A stretch of 64,000 bases of DNA from Alkalispirochaeta sp. Its GTDB lineage: Bacteria; Spirochaetota; Spirochaetia; DSM-27196; Alkalispirochaetaceae. The stretch spans positions 4,768,001 through 4,832,000 of the forward strand of contig OZ271854.1 of NCBI GenBank assembly GCA_965601925.1, read 5' to 3'. The stretch's first letter is position 1. Each line of letters begins with the position of its first letter. Shown here piece by piece: positions 47,263-57,608 of the stretch. The notes below the pieces were generated by a model. That model did not search any database. It had not been told where the DNA came from and saw only the letters and a program-made list of their open reading frames with translations. Position numbers and translations under genes: made by a program.

Positions 47263-49617
47263 ATGTCACAACAACACGAAATACTTCCGGCGGACCAGGT
47301 TCTGCCCAACAAACTGTCGGTAATCGCGCTGAACGGTAAGCCGATCTTCCCGGGTCTCTTCACACCGTTGATGATCACCTCGGCCGAAGACCTGGAGGTC
47401 GTCCAGAGCGCGCTGGAGGGAGACAAGCACATCGGCTTGGTCATGACCCGCGACGAGGAGACCGAGGAAACGAGCATCGAAGATCTACACGAGATCGGAA
47501 CGGCCGCCAAAATCCTCAAACGTATTAACCTCCCCGACGGCGGAATGAACATTTTCGTCTCTACTCTGAAGCGCTTTCGCATTCGTAAGAGCCTTTCGGG
47601 CGACCAGACGCCGATGATCGCGGCGGTCGACTATCTCGACGACGAGGAGACCGACACCGAGGAGGTGCAGGCGCTCACTCGGGCGATCATCTCCGAGACC
47701 AAGCAGGTGAGCGAGAACAATCCGCTCTTCTCCGAGGAGATGCGACTCAACATGGTGAACATCGATCAACCCGGCAAGATCGGGGACTTCGTCACCAGCA
47801 TTCTCAATATCGATCGCGACGCGCAGCAGGACGTCCTGGCGACCCTCAACGTGCGCGAACGGTTGGAGAAGGTCCTGATGTTCATCAAGAAGGAGCAGGA
47901 GCTCCTGCGTATTCAGAAGCGGATTCAGACTCAGATCAACGAGAAGATAGAGAAGAGCCAACGCGAGTACTTTCTCAAAGAAGAGCTGAAGGCGATTAAG
48001 CAGGAGTTGGGCGTTCCCACCGACGCCAAGAGCTCCGAGTACCAGCGCTTCAAGGAGGCGATCGAGAAGCTTCCGTTAGAGGGAGAGGTACGCAAACAGG
48101 TGGAACAGGAGCTCGAGAAGTTTCAGCTTATAGAACCCAACTCCGCCGAGTTTACCGTGACGCGAAACTACCTCGACACGATCGTGCAGCTGCCGTGGGC
48201 GGAGCCCGAGGCGCGCGAGCTCGATATCAACCGCGCCGGCAAAATTCTCGACGCCGACCACTACGGTCTGGAAGACGTCAAGGAACGCATCCTCGAGTTC
48301 CTCTCCGTGCGCAAACTGAAGGGCGACATGAAAGGCTCGATCATCTGCCTCGTCGGCCCCCCGGGAGTCGGTAAGACCTCGATCGGCAAATCGGTCGCTC
48401 GCGCTCTCGGCAAGGAGTTCTTCCGTTTTTCCGTGGGCGGTATGCGCGACGAGGCGGAGATCAAGGGGCACCGACGAACATACGTCGGCGCGATGCCCGG
48501 CAAAGTACTCCAGGGCCTCAAGATCGCCGGTACCAAGGATCCCGTCTTTATGATCGACGAGATCGACAAGCTCGGCGCGAGTTATCAGGGCGACCCCTCT
48601 TCAGCTCTGTTGGAGGTCCTCGACCCGGAGCAGAACGCTGCGTTCCGCGACCACTATCTGGACCTACCGTTCGATATCTCCGGCATCTTGTTCATCGCGA
48701 CTGCCAATACGCTCGATACGGTACCCTCTCCGCTGTTGGACCGCATGGAGGTCATCCGGCTATCCGGATACATCGACGAGGAGAAGATCGCCATCGCCCG
48801 AAAGTACCTCGTGCCCCGCTCAGTGGAACGAGCGGGACTGGGGAAAAAGCAGGTCGTCTACAACAAGGCGGCGCTGCGCGCTATCGCCAACGACTACGCT
48901 CGCGAGGCGGGTATGCGTCGGTACGAACAACTGCTGGACAAGATCCACCGCAAACTCGCCCGTGATCAGGTAAGCAACGATACGGCACCCCCGACGTACG
49001 AGATTGCCCCGGATGACCTCGAAACCTACCTCGGAAAGCCCGTCTTCCCCGAAGAGGCGGGCAAAAAGGTCGACCGACCCGGTATGACGATCGGCCTGGC
49101 GTGGACTCCGTACGGCGGCGACACCCTCGTGATCGAGGCGATCAACAACGCGGGGCGAGGCACCTACAAACTTACCGGGAAGATGGGTGACGTGATGCAG
49201 GAGAGCGCCAACATTGCCTACAGCTACGTGAAGCACGTCGCCGAAGGGTACGGAGCGGATAGACGTTTCTTCGACGAAAATGAGATCCACATTCACATTC
49301 CGGCGGGCGCGACGCCCAAAGACGGCCCGTCCGCGGGGATCACCATGGCGACGACACTCCTCTCCCTCGCTCGGAGTAAGAAGATCAAGGGTCGCCTCGC
49401 GATGACCGGCGAGCTCTCCCTCGTGGGACAGGTTCTCCCGATCGGCGGTCTCAAGGAGAAGACGATCGCCGCTCGCAGAAACGGGATAAAACACGTTATC
49501 ATCCCGAAGCAGAATGAAAAGGATCTTCAAGAAATTCCGGACCACATCAAACGGGGCATCACCTTTTACCCGGTGGAACGCATGGAAGAGGTGCTTCGCA
49601 TCGCCTTCGGCGATTGA
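47263..49617 (+). CDS. lon: ATP-dependent Lon protease
   Basis: DHYGLEDVKERI, GPPGVGKTS, GHRRTYVGAMPG, DEIDK, PKDGPSAG, GGLKEK. Confidence 0.96.
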   Translation: MSQQHEILPADQVLPNKLSVIALNGKPIFPGLFTPLMITSAEDLEVVQSALEGDKHIGLVMTRDEETEETSIEDLHEIGTAAKILKRINLPDGGMNIFVSTLKRFRIRKSLSGDQTPMIAAVDYLDDEETDTEEVQALTRAIISETKQVSENNPLFSEEMRLNMVNIDQPGKIGDFVTSILNIDRDAQQDVLATLNVRERLEKVLMFIKKEQELLRIQKRIQTQINEKIEKSQREYFLKEELKAIKQELGVPTDAKSSEYQRFKEAIEKLPLEGEVRKQVEQELEKFQLIEPNSAEFTVTRNYLDTIVQLPWAEPEARELDINRAGKILDADHYGLEDVKERILEFLSVRKLKGDMKGSIICLVGPPGVGKTSIGKSVARALGKEFFRFSVGGMRDEAEIKGHRRTYVGAMPGKVLQGLKIAGTKDPVFMIDEIDKLGASYQGDPSSALLEVLDPEQNAAFRDHYLDLPFDISGILFIATANTLDTVPSPLLDRMEVIRLSGYIDEEKIAIARKYLVPRSVERAGLGKKQVVYNKAALRAIANDYAREAGMRRYEQLLDKIHRKLARDQVSNDTAPPTYEIAPDDLETYLGKPVFPEEAGKKVDRPGMTIGLAWTPYGGDTLVIEAINNAGRGTYKLTGKMGDVMQESANIAYSYVKHVAEGYGADRRFFDENEIHIHIPAGATPKDGPSAGITMATTLLSLARSKKIKGRLAMTGELSLVGQVLPIGGLKEKTIAARRNGIKHVIIPKQNEKDLQEIPDHIKRGITFYPVERMEEVLRIAFGD

Positions 49618-49741
49618 GGATAGATCGCGTGAAAGAGGGACGGCCCTCTCTCGCAACGGAGTCGCCCGAGGAAGAGGCGCGCGACAAACGGTCGATATCG
49701 CAAAGGGGAACGGCCGGGCACGCGGGCATATCGTCCGGAGC

Positions 49742-50620
49742 GTGGCGCTCATTGCGGCGACGGGAGTGCTCGCTGCGGCGTGCACGGACGGCGTACGACG
49801 CGAGGGAGAGGCAACCGCTCCCTCGCCGGGGCCCGAGGAGGAGTCGACGGTCGTCCGCCCGCACGAGCTCGCCGATCTCCAGCCCCACCCCGCCTTTGAC
49901 CTTACGATGAATGACTTGCGCGCGGTGACGGTGGGCTTGGGGGGTGAGCGCGCGGCGGCGATTCTCGATCGCCCGGCAATCTTTCTCGACTTGGCCGACC
50001 GTATGCTTGCCCTACCGCCGGAGGCGCTGTGGCTCGTCGATAAGGAGACGCGCCTCGGTGCCGAGTACGAGCCTCACGACCTCATACCGCTCTCCGAATA
50101 CGCCGATCGTCTCACCCTCAACCGTACCGGCCTCTCCCTCAGGGCACTCATCATTCCCGACTTTCTCGCCATGGTCGAGGCGGCGCGCCTCGACGGAGTC
50201 ATCCTCGACGTGTCGAGCACCTATCGCAGTTACTCCTACCAAGAGTGGCTCTTCGACTATTGGGTCGGCGAGCTCGGGCTGGAGGAGGCGGAGCGGGTGA
50301 GCGCGAAAGCCGGATCGAGTCAGCATCAACTCGGAACGACGGTCGACTTCGGGAGCGTCACCGTTGCCTTTGCCGATCACCCCGCCGGCATCTGGCTTCG
50401 TCGTCGTGCGGGGGAGTTCGGCTTCTCCCTCTCCTATCCCGACGGATACGAGGAGATTACCGGGTACTCGTTCGAGCCGTGGCACTTCAGGTGGGTATCG
50501 CGACCGGCGGCGCGGATGGAGGCCGAGTTCTTCGGCGGAGTCCAGCAGCACGCTCTGGAGTTCTGGGCGCGCCACGAAACGTACCTCCGACACGCCCACC
50601 GCGACCGGACGGCGGAATAG
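49742..50620 (+). CDS. M15B D-alanyl-D-alanine carboxypeptidase (VanY-like) lipoprotein; start uncertain
   Basis: Lipobox LAAAC, STYRSYSYQ, SAKAGSSQHQLGTTVD, FEPWHFRWV. Confidence 0.85.
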   Translation: MALIAATGVLAAACTDGVRREGEATAPSPGPEEESTVVRPHELADLQPHPAFDLTMNDLRAVTVGLGGERAAAILDRPAIFLDLADRMLALPPEALWLVDKETRLGAEYEPHDLIPLSEYADRLTLNRTGLSLRALIIPDFLAMVEAARLDGVILDVSSTYRSYSYQEWLFDYWVGELGLEEAERVSAKAGSSQHQLGTTVDFGSVTVAFADHPAGIWLRRRAGEFGFSLSYPDGYEEITGYSFEPWHFRWVSRPAARMEAEFFGGVQQHALEFWARHETYLRHAHRDRTAE

Positions 50621-50630
50621 GTGGGTGCCG

Positions 50631-51908
50631 ATGGAACTTCTTTCACCGGCCGGAAGCCTCGAAAAACTGCGTATCGCCTACCGTTACGGTGCAGACGCGG
50701 CCTATCTGGGGGTACGTGGCTTCTCTCTACGGAGCGGCGCCGACTCGATCGCCGGGTCGGGGAATTCCACGACGCCTCGCGACGTCGAGGGAGAGTCCGC
50801 GGTACGCGATGGAGCGTCGGCGGAGCGCACGGCCGAGGCCGTTCGACGTATCAAGGGCGCCAAGCGTCTCTACGGGGCACTCAACCTCTACGCTCACGAG
50901 GAGGACCTGAAGCGACTCCCCGCGGCACTGGACGAGTTGCGCCCCTTGCCGCTCGATGCATTGATCGTCGCCGACATCGGGCTCGTCGATCCGATTCGAC
51001 GCGTCCTCCCCGAGATCGAGCTCCATCTATCGACACAGGCCAACTGCACCAACTCCGCGGCGGCGCGAATGTACCACCGCATGGGGTTCTCGCGAATCAT
51101 CGCGGCGAGAGAACTCTCGCTCGACGGTATTCGATCGATCAAAGATGCGGTGCCGGAACTCGAGGTCGAGGTATTTGTCCACGGCGCGACGTGTATGGCC
51201 TACTCGGGACGCTGTTTCCTCTCCACGCACATGGCCGGACGCTCGGCCAATCGAGGAGAGTGTGCTCACTCGTGCCGCTGGAACTACGCCTTGGTGGAAA
51301 AGAAGCGCCCCGAGGAATCGTATCCAGTCGAGGTGGACGAGCGCTTCCTGACGATCCTCTCGCCGCGCGATGTGATGCTCTTCGATCGCATAGAGGAGAT
51401 CCGCGCCGCCGGCGTCGCATCGATTAAAATCGAAGGCCGGATGAAGAGTGCCTTATACGCCGCGGTGACCGCCGCCGCCTATCGGGCCGCCCTCGACGGG
51501 GTGGACGGCGGGCAACGGGAACGGTGGAGGCGAGAGCTCGAGACCCTTCCCCACCGACCCTATACGGAGGGGTTTCTCTTCGCCGACCCGACGACTCATG
51601 AACCGGTCACCGACGATACGCCGTGGGGAAGTCGATTTCTGGGAATCCTCCCGAGCGCGATGCACCGCAATGGGACGAGGCTGTGGAACCTGGACGCGAG
51701 AAATGCGATACTCCGAACCGATACGGTCGAGCTCCTTCTTCCCGGTGGAGACGTACACCGTATCGAAGGACCCGATCTTCGCGATGGCGAGGGAACACCG
51801 ATCGAGCGTGCGGTTCACGGACGCCCGGCCGGTCTCGTGCCCCCGAGCAAGCTCGCCGACCGCGATCTTACCGACGGGATCATAAGAAATACTTGCGTCG
51901 AAGCGTGA
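50631..51908 (+). CDS. U32-family peptidase-like protein (TrhP-like tRNA hydroxylation)
   Basis: MELLSPAGS, GADAAY.G, HLSTQAN, HGATCMAYSGRC, NRGECAHSCRW, KIEGRMK. Confidence 0.9.
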   Translation: MELLSPAGSLEKLRIAYRYGADAAYLGVRGFSLRSGADSIAGSGNSTTPRDVEGESAVRDGASAERTAEAVRRIKGAKRLYGALNLYAHEEDLKRLPAALDELRPLPLDALIVADIGLVDPIRRVLPEIELHLSTQANCTNSAAARMYHRMGFSRIIAARELSLDGIRSIKDAVPELEVEVFVHGATCMAYSGRCFLSTHMAGRSANRGECAHSCRWNYALVEKKRPEESYPVEVDERFLTILSPRDVMLFDRIEEIRAAGVASIKIEGRMKSALYAAVTAAAYRAALDGVDGGQRERWRRELETLPHRPYTEGFLFADPTTHEPVTDDTPWGSRFLGILPSAMHRNGTRLWNLDARNAILRTDTVELLLPGGDVHRIEGPDLRDGEGTPIERAVHGRPAGLVPPSKLADRDLTDGIIRNTCVEA

Positions 51909-51927
51909 CTGCCGCTACGGTAACGAT

Positions 51928-53214
51928 ATGATCTCTCCCGAACGCTTACAATCGATCGGCATCCGGTTTCCCGAGATACTCATTCCGGATGCATCCGTAG
52001 ACCTGATGCGATGGTCCGTCATTGCGTGCGACCAATTCACCGCCGATCGCGACTATTGGGGAACGGTCGAGGCGACCGTCGGCGACGCACCGTCGACCCT
52101 GCGCATGATTCTACCGGAGGTATATCTCGAAGACTCCGACGTGGACGCTCGGCAGACCGCGACGCGCGAGGCGATGCGTCGATATCTCGATTCTGATCTT
52201 CTCAAAAGCGTCCCGGACTCGGCGGTATACGTACGACGCACGCTACCGGGAGGAGCGGTGCGCCGAGGAATCGTTCTGGCCTTAGATCTCGAATGCTACG
52301 ATTACCACAGAGGAAGCACGACCGTCGTCCGTGCCAGCGAGGAGACGATCCCGAGTCGTTTGCCCGCTCGTGCAACGACGCGCCGCGGCGCTCCGTTGGA
52401 GTCCCCTCACGTCATGGTGCTATTCGACGACCCCGAGCATCGCGTGGTAGGCGGTTTGGAGTCGGCACTCACCGACTTGGAGCGGCTGTATCGGACCGAA
52501 CTCATGCAGGGAGGCGGTTCGATCGAAGGGTTCCGCATCCCGGCACATCACGCCGCCGCAGACGATATGATTTCGAATCTGGAAGCGTTACATACACCGT
52601 CGGAGCTCGGTTTCCTCTTTGCCGCCGGCGACGGCAACCACAGCCTTGCGGCCGCTAAGACGATCTGGGAGGAACGCAAAGGCGAGGGCGCGGACGACGA
52701 CGATCCGTACCGCTGGTGCCTGGTCGAGATTGTCAACGTACACGACGAAGGGCTTCCCTTTCACCCGATCCACCGGTTGGTAGCCGGCGACGAGAATCTG
52801 ATCCTCGAGACGCTGTTGCGCGGTACCGACGCCCGCTTTCACGGATTCGCCCGCGACCGAATAGAGCATCACATCGAGACCGAAGGCTTATCGTCACATG
52901 AAATCGGAATCGTCGGTCCGCACCAGTCGGGCATTCTGACCGTTGCCGACGACGCGGGGTTGGCCGTCGGCCTCGTGGATGCCGCAATCGCGGGAGCTGA
53001 GGTGACGTCGATCGACTACGTGCACGGTCTGCGCGAAGTGGTCGAGGCGGCCTCCCGAGACGGCGCGACGGCGATCGTCGTTCCCGCTCCCGATCGAAGC
53101 GCCCTCTTTTCCACGGTGAGTCGAGACGGAGCGCTCCCTCGCAAAGCGTTCTCGCTCGGTAAGGCGCGGGACAAGCGCTACTACTTGGAGTGTCGTCGCC
53201 TGGACGGACGATAG
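51928..53214 (+). CDS. DUF1015-family protein
   Basis: WSVIACDQFT, PSTL.MILPE.YL, LDLE.YDY, FAAGDGNHSLA.AK, FHPIHR, LPRKAFSLG.A.DKRYYLE. Confidence 0.88.
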   Translation: MISPERLQSIGIRFPEILIPDASVDLMRWSVIACDQFTADRDYWGTVEATVGDAPSTLRMILPEVYLEDSDVDARQTATREAMRRYLDSDLLKSVPDSAVYVRRTLPGGAVRRGIVLALDLECYDYHRGSTTVVRASEETIPSRLPARATTRRGAPLESPHVMVLFDDPEHRVVGGLESALTDLERLYRTELMQGGGSIEGFRIPAHHAAADDMISNLEALHTPSELGFLFAAGDGNHSLAAAKTIWEERKGEGADDDDPYRWCLVEIVNVHDEGLPFHPIHRLVAGDENLILETLLRGTDARFHGFARDRIEHHIETEGLSSHEIGIVGPHQSGILTVADDAGLAVGLVDAAIAGAEVTSIDYVHGLREVVEAASRDGATAIVVPAPDRSALFSTVSRDGALPRKAFSLGKARDKRYYLECRRLDGR

Positions 53215-53240
53215 ACTGGACCGGGACGGCGTCGACGCGA

Positions 53241-53738
53241 TCAGCCGAACCGCTTTTCGCCCTCAATCTCGACCTCCCAATCCTCGTCGTTCCGACGAAG
53301 AACGGCGCGGTCGGAGCGGGGCCGTGTTATAATAATGTCGATCAGCAAGTAGAGGAGCGAAATCGTCAACCCGATCGCCCGAAAGAGCGGACGGTTGTCG
53401 CGGGTACGGGGAAGCGCGTCGGGGAGTGCGCCGGGCGTATACCGATAAACGGATCGCGCCTCACGTCCGACGATGCGCAAGACATACTCATCGCCGGCGA
53501 CCAAACCGCTGTCGCGAGCCTCAATCCGCAACGTTTCCGCGTCGGTGGTTAGAAGATGTACCTGGCGGAGAAGTTCCTCCTGTCGGGCGTATAGCGATTC
53601 GAGACGCACACGGTTGCCGTCCGCATATTCGTCCATGAGTCGATACGCGATGACGCCGTAGCTCCCGAACAGTAATTCGAAAGCGAGATATGAGGCGATG
53701 CCCAACAGAAGTGCGGTCAACAAAGAAGAGATCTTCAT
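53241..53738 (-). CDS. Septum formation initiator (FtsB/DivIC-like) protein
   Basis: TM helix, G..G, coiled coil, 'L..D.E.LR.EAR..GLV..DE', second TM near the C-terminus. Confidence 0.72.
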   Translation of the reverse strand: MKISSLLTALLLGIASYLAFELLFGSYGVIAYRLMDEYADGNRVRLESLYARQEELLRQVHLLTTDAETLRIEARDSGLVAGDEYVLRIVGREARSVYRYTPGALPDALPRTRDNRPLFRAIGLTISLLYLLIDIIITRPRSDRAVLRRNDEDWEVEIEGEKRFG

Positions 53739-53900
53739 CACTATTCAATACGGCCCGTCGGAGGGGCGGCTTTAGGCCGGTCCTGCAATCGGGCCCTACT
53801 TGCGTTGAGGCGGTATGAACCGTTAAGTTTTGATTCAACTCAAGGCCGAATTCGACCGAAGTAAAGAAGGCAGCGATATCTCCGGCCGGGAGTACACACG

Positions 53901-56549
53901 ATGGATGAACAGAGAAACGATGGTGTCCAAGAAGAAGAACTCGAACGATACGGAGTCTGGGTAAAGGCGGGACCGGAAGAGGTCGTTGAGGCCGAAGATG
54001 ACTTCTCGTTCGCCGATCTCCCCCAAGATGCGTCCGACGAGGTCGCGCCGAGTGACGAGATCGACACGGCGTTGGCGGAGGATGCACCGGTAGCGGAGGG
54101 CCTATCCGATCTTGACGACCTCGACTTCGAGGATTTGGACGTCGACGCCGACATAGTATTCGAGACCGCCGGCGAAACCGCAACGGAGTCCGACGATACG
54201 ACATCGGACTCGGCGCAATCGGTCGGCGAAGAGCCCGTCGCGGAAGTCGCAGAGCTCGACGACTTTGCCGAGGACGATCTTTCGGCCGAGTCGGACACGA
54301 CCGACGGGACGGAGTTTACCCTCGGGGAAAACGACGATCTCGTATCATTGGACGACTTGGACATAGAGGAGCCGGAAGACGAACCCGATCCCTTCTCCGG
54401 GCTTTCGGATACGGACCTGGAGGTCTCCGTCGACGAGTCGGATGTTCTGGACACCACCGAGGAGACGCAATTCGACGCAACGATGCCCGGCTCCGACGAC
54501 GAACTGAGCGCCATCAGCCTGGAAGACGTCAATGTCGACGAGGAGAGCGAGTTTCTTCCGGAACTCGAAGCCGATGAGCCGGTGCAGAGGGAAGATTCGG
54601 TACCGGTCGACGAGCCCGATGAAACCGTTGAATCGGAAGAACACAGCTTTACTCCCGAGCAACAGGGCATAGAGATCGTACCCCAAACTCCCACCAATCG
54701 TCTCACCGCGGACGAGGAGGAGTTTCTCGAGGAGTCCGCCGAGGGCGACGCTATCGCGGATTTGCAAAACGATTCCGAAAGTGATATACCGAATTCGATG
54801 GATCTCCAAGAACGCCAAGCGTTCGATCGAATTCAGAACGAACTGGCGGATATTAAAAAAGAGTTGGCGGATCTCAAGGCGGCGTTACGCTCCGGAGCGG
54901 TTCCGCAGGTAGACGAGATTGACACCGCCTCCGAGCACGAAGCGTCCGATATCGCCGCACCCGACGCCGGAGCGAGCGCCGAGGACGACGAAAGTCACGG
55001 CCCCGGCTTTTTTGAGGATGAAGAGGACGAGACGATCGCCCTCACCGGTGACGAATTAGACAACATTCTCAACACGGCGGAGTTCACCGAACAGGCGGGC
55101 GAAGCCGAAGAGTTGGACGAGGACTTCTTGGTCGAGCCCGACCTCACGGCGGGAGCCGCGGAGGAAACGGTTCCGTCGTTCGAGGACGATACGATCGAGT
55201 TATCCATCGACGCGGCCGATACGGAAGAAGTCGACGAGGAAGCACCTCATCTCACCGACTCCCCGGAGGAGGAAGCATCGCCTCTCGCCGCGGCGGACGC
55301 ATCGGTCGAGATCGATGATACGGGGACCGAGGAAGCGCCACCGCTCGTATCCGATATCGAGATGGAGCCGATCGCCCGTCAGCCGGTTGTATTCGAGGGC
55401 GACGAGTCGGCCGTGGACGAGTTGGCGGAGATGGACATCGACCGTGAGCTGGTCGATATCGAGGGCCTTACCGACGACAGCGCGTCCGAGGAGCCCGTCG
55501 GACCGGAAGAGATCGATATAGATATCGACGACATAGAGGGTATCGACACTTCGATCGTACTCGAAGATAACGCCGACGAGGAGGCGCACGAGGCTGCGAT
55601 CGAGGCGGACCAACGGGCGTTGGCCGACGCCGCCGGGACTCCCGAAGATGACGACGAGTTGATGATCGGTGACGCTGAGATCGATCGCGGCGAAATCGAA
55701 TCGCAGGAACCCACCTCCGATTCTACGGATGGTGATTCCGCTCTCTCCGAAGGGATAGGAGAACGAGCGGTCGAAGGATTCGACGAGTTTGCCGCGGCGG
55801 TGGAGGAGGATATCACCACCGCCGAATCGGGTGTGGAACTTGACGAGACCTTCGACATCGACGAAGGCACACCCGCAGCCGAAGTCCCGGCGCAGGAGAG
55901 CGCCGCGGAGGACGACGAAGAGGAGATCGAAATCGATCTTGCCGATCTCGACGACTTTGACGACTTCGACGATACGGAAGTCGCACTTGACGAGCCCTCC
56001 ACCGAAGATACGACGGGAGCCGACCGGGTGGAGACATCGATCGATTCCGCGGAGATCGACGCTTCCGACGCGGGCGAATCGCTTGAGATCGAAACCGATG
56101 TCACCCACGATATCGACCTCTCGACGGAGATCGAGGAGACACCGGAAGGGGTAGTCGAAACGGCGGAGCCGGACCAAGCCGACATCGCCGCCTCCACCGA
56201 AGACGAGGATAGTGCGACATCCTATGAAGACGGCGCCGAGGAGATCGATCTCTCCGTCGAGCTCGAGACGTCCGAGGGTGCCGCGGAAACGGTCGCCGTC
56301 GATGTTGTCGATTCGTCCGTCGCGGAGACGCTTGAGGAAACGCCGGAGGCGAAAGAGCCGTCGACCGTCGGCGCCGGTTCGTCCATCGCCGACCTACCGG
56401 ACGATCTCAAGCAGGAGATTCGTTCGGTGTTGAGCTACATGGATCAACTTCTCGAGGCGCTGCCGGACGATAAGATCGAGGAGTTCGCCCAGTCCGACCA
56501 TTTCGAGGTTTATAAACGTCTCTTTGAAGAACTCGAATTGGAGACGTGA
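53901..56549 (+). CDS. Very acidic low-complexity protein with short ordered islands
   Basis: 882 aa dominated by D/E; islands ELERYGVWVK, coiled coil IQNELADIKKELADLK, ETIALTGDELDNILNTAEF, C-terminal helical domain; GGGAG SD. Confidence 0.85.
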   Translation: MDEQRNDGVQEEELERYGVWVKAGPEEVVEAEDDFSFADLPQDASDEVAPSDEIDTALAEDAPVAEGLSDLDDLDFEDLDVDADIVFETAGETATESDDTTSDSAQSVGEEPVAEVAELDDFAEDDLSAESDTTDGTEFTLGENDDLVSLDDLDIEEPEDEPDPFSGLSDTDLEVSVDESDVLDTTEETQFDATMPGSDDELSAISLEDVNVDEESEFLPELEADEPVQREDSVPVDEPDETVESEEHSFTPEQQGIEIVPQTPTNRLTADEEEFLEESAEGDAIADLQNDSESDIPNSMDLQERQAFDRIQNELADIKKELADLKAALRSGAVPQVDEIDTASEHEASDIAAPDAGASAEDDESHGPGFFEDEEDETIALTGDELDNILNTAEFTEQAGEAEELDEDFLVEPDLTAGAAEETVPSFEDDTIELSIDAADTEEVDEEAPHLTDSPEEEASPLAAADASVEIDDTGTEEAPPLVSDIEMEPIARQPVVFEGDESAVDELAEMDIDRELVDIEGLTDDSASEEPVGPEEIDIDIDDIEGIDTSIVLEDNADEEAHEAAIEADQRALADAAGTPEDDDELMIGDAEIDRGEIESQEPTSDSTDGDSALSEGIGERAVEGFDEFAAAVEEDITTAESGVELDETFDIDEGTPAAEVPAQESAAEDDEEEIEIDLADLDDFDDFDDTEVALDEPSTEDTTGADRVETSIDSAEIDASDAGESLEIETDVTHDIDLSTEIEETPEGVVETAEPDQADIAASTEDEDSATSYEDGAEEIDLSVELETSEGAAETVAVDVVDSSVAETLEETPEAKEPSTVGAGSSIADLPDDLKQEIRSVLSYMDQLLEALPDDKIEEFAQSDHFEVYKRLFEELELET

Positions 56550-56567
56550 TCTCCGGGAGCCCTACAG

Positions 56568-57608
56568 GTGGGATTGATTCACCGTCTGAACGCCCCGCCC
56601 GATCCTGAGTCGGTGGTGGGGCGTGTCCTCGCGATGCGACGGAGCCGAGAGCCCGGCGTCCTACCGGAGACGGTGAACGAAGGCTCGGCATCTGATACAC
56701 AGAAGGCCGAATCGACGGTCGACGCCGCTGCGGCGATCCGGTCTCTCCTGCGAGAGCTTCAAACACAGCGTCGGTATGGAATCGCAACGCCGTCGCACCT
56801 CTTTTCCATGCTCCACCGTCACCTACGAGTACAGCGAGGTGCCCTCTTGGTGCCGAATCAAGAGGACGAGTTTTTGCCGATCGCGACATCCGGCCTCGAT
56901 CGCACCAGCCGCTTTCGCCTTCGTGTGACGAGTGCGGAACTATCCGAGCTCTTGACGCCCGGTAACGTAGCGGTTCTGACCGGCGATGCGCGGGATTTTT
57001 TCTCCGATCGGCTGTCGCGCGTCGATTTTCGAAGCTCTCCCCGTCTGGGACTCTTTCCCTTTACCCACTTGAGTCGTGTATTGGCCCTCCTGATCGTCTT
57101 TGATTCACCGATTCTCGATTCAGAGCGTGTCGTGCTGGACGTTCTCCTGGCTGCGCTCTCCGATAACGCGGGCCGTCTCATCTTCGACGGTCGACAGAAG
57201 CCGCTCAGTCTCAGAAATCGCGGTGTCGTGCTGCCGACCGATCAAATCTCGACGATTCGTCGGCGAATCGAAGAACGGGCCCGGGAGCGTGATAGCGCGG
57301 CCGAGGTGATCGAGGTCGAGTTCGATTCCACGATCCGTACGATTCTTGAGGCGCACCCCCATCTCGACCGGGAGCGTCTCATCGAAGACGTATTCGACAC
57401 CGCGGCGCTTCTCGTCTCCTCTCACTATAGCGTCGTGCGCACGGATAACGACCGCGCGCTCCTTCTTGGGGTGGCGTCGGCGTCGATAGACGTGGAGCTT
57501 CTCATCCACCTGTTGGGATCGACGTTGGCTCAACTGTTCGGGTGCGACCGCCTTCCGAAACTGCAGTTTCACCTCCGGAGCGCCGACGATATAGGTCGTG
57601 ACGCGTGA
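56568..57608 (+). CDS. Hypothetical protein, possible degenerate GAF-like domain
   Basis: GGGAG SD and GTG start; RGALLV.....F.P....GLD.TS..RL; operon position. Confidence 0.65.
   Translation: MGLIHRLNAPPDPESVVGRVLAMRRSREPGVLPETVNEGSASDTQKAESTVDAAAAIRSLLRELQTQRRYGIATPSHLFSMLHRHLRVQRGALLVPNQEDEFLPIATSGLDRTSRFRLRVTSAELSELLTPGNVAVLTGDARDFFSDRLSRVDFRSSPRLGLFPFTHLSRVLALLIVFDSPILDSERVVLDVLLAALSDNAGRLIFDGRQKPLSLRNRGVVLPTDQISTIRRRIEERARERDSAAEVIEVEFDSTIRTILEAHPHLDRERLIEDVFDTAALLVSSHYSVVRTDNDRALLLGVASASIDVELLIHLLGSTLAQLFGCDRLPKLQFHLRSADDIGRDA

Noticed and set aside
49742..50620. Vancomycin resistance gene (vanY)
   Set aside because: No vanHAX or vanRS genes; ordinary M15B carboxypeptidase.
53901..56549. 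Tandem DNA repeat or CRISPR-like array in the GAC/GAG-rich stretch
   Set aside because: No fixed-length nucleotide repeat; the pattern reflects Asp/Glu codons.
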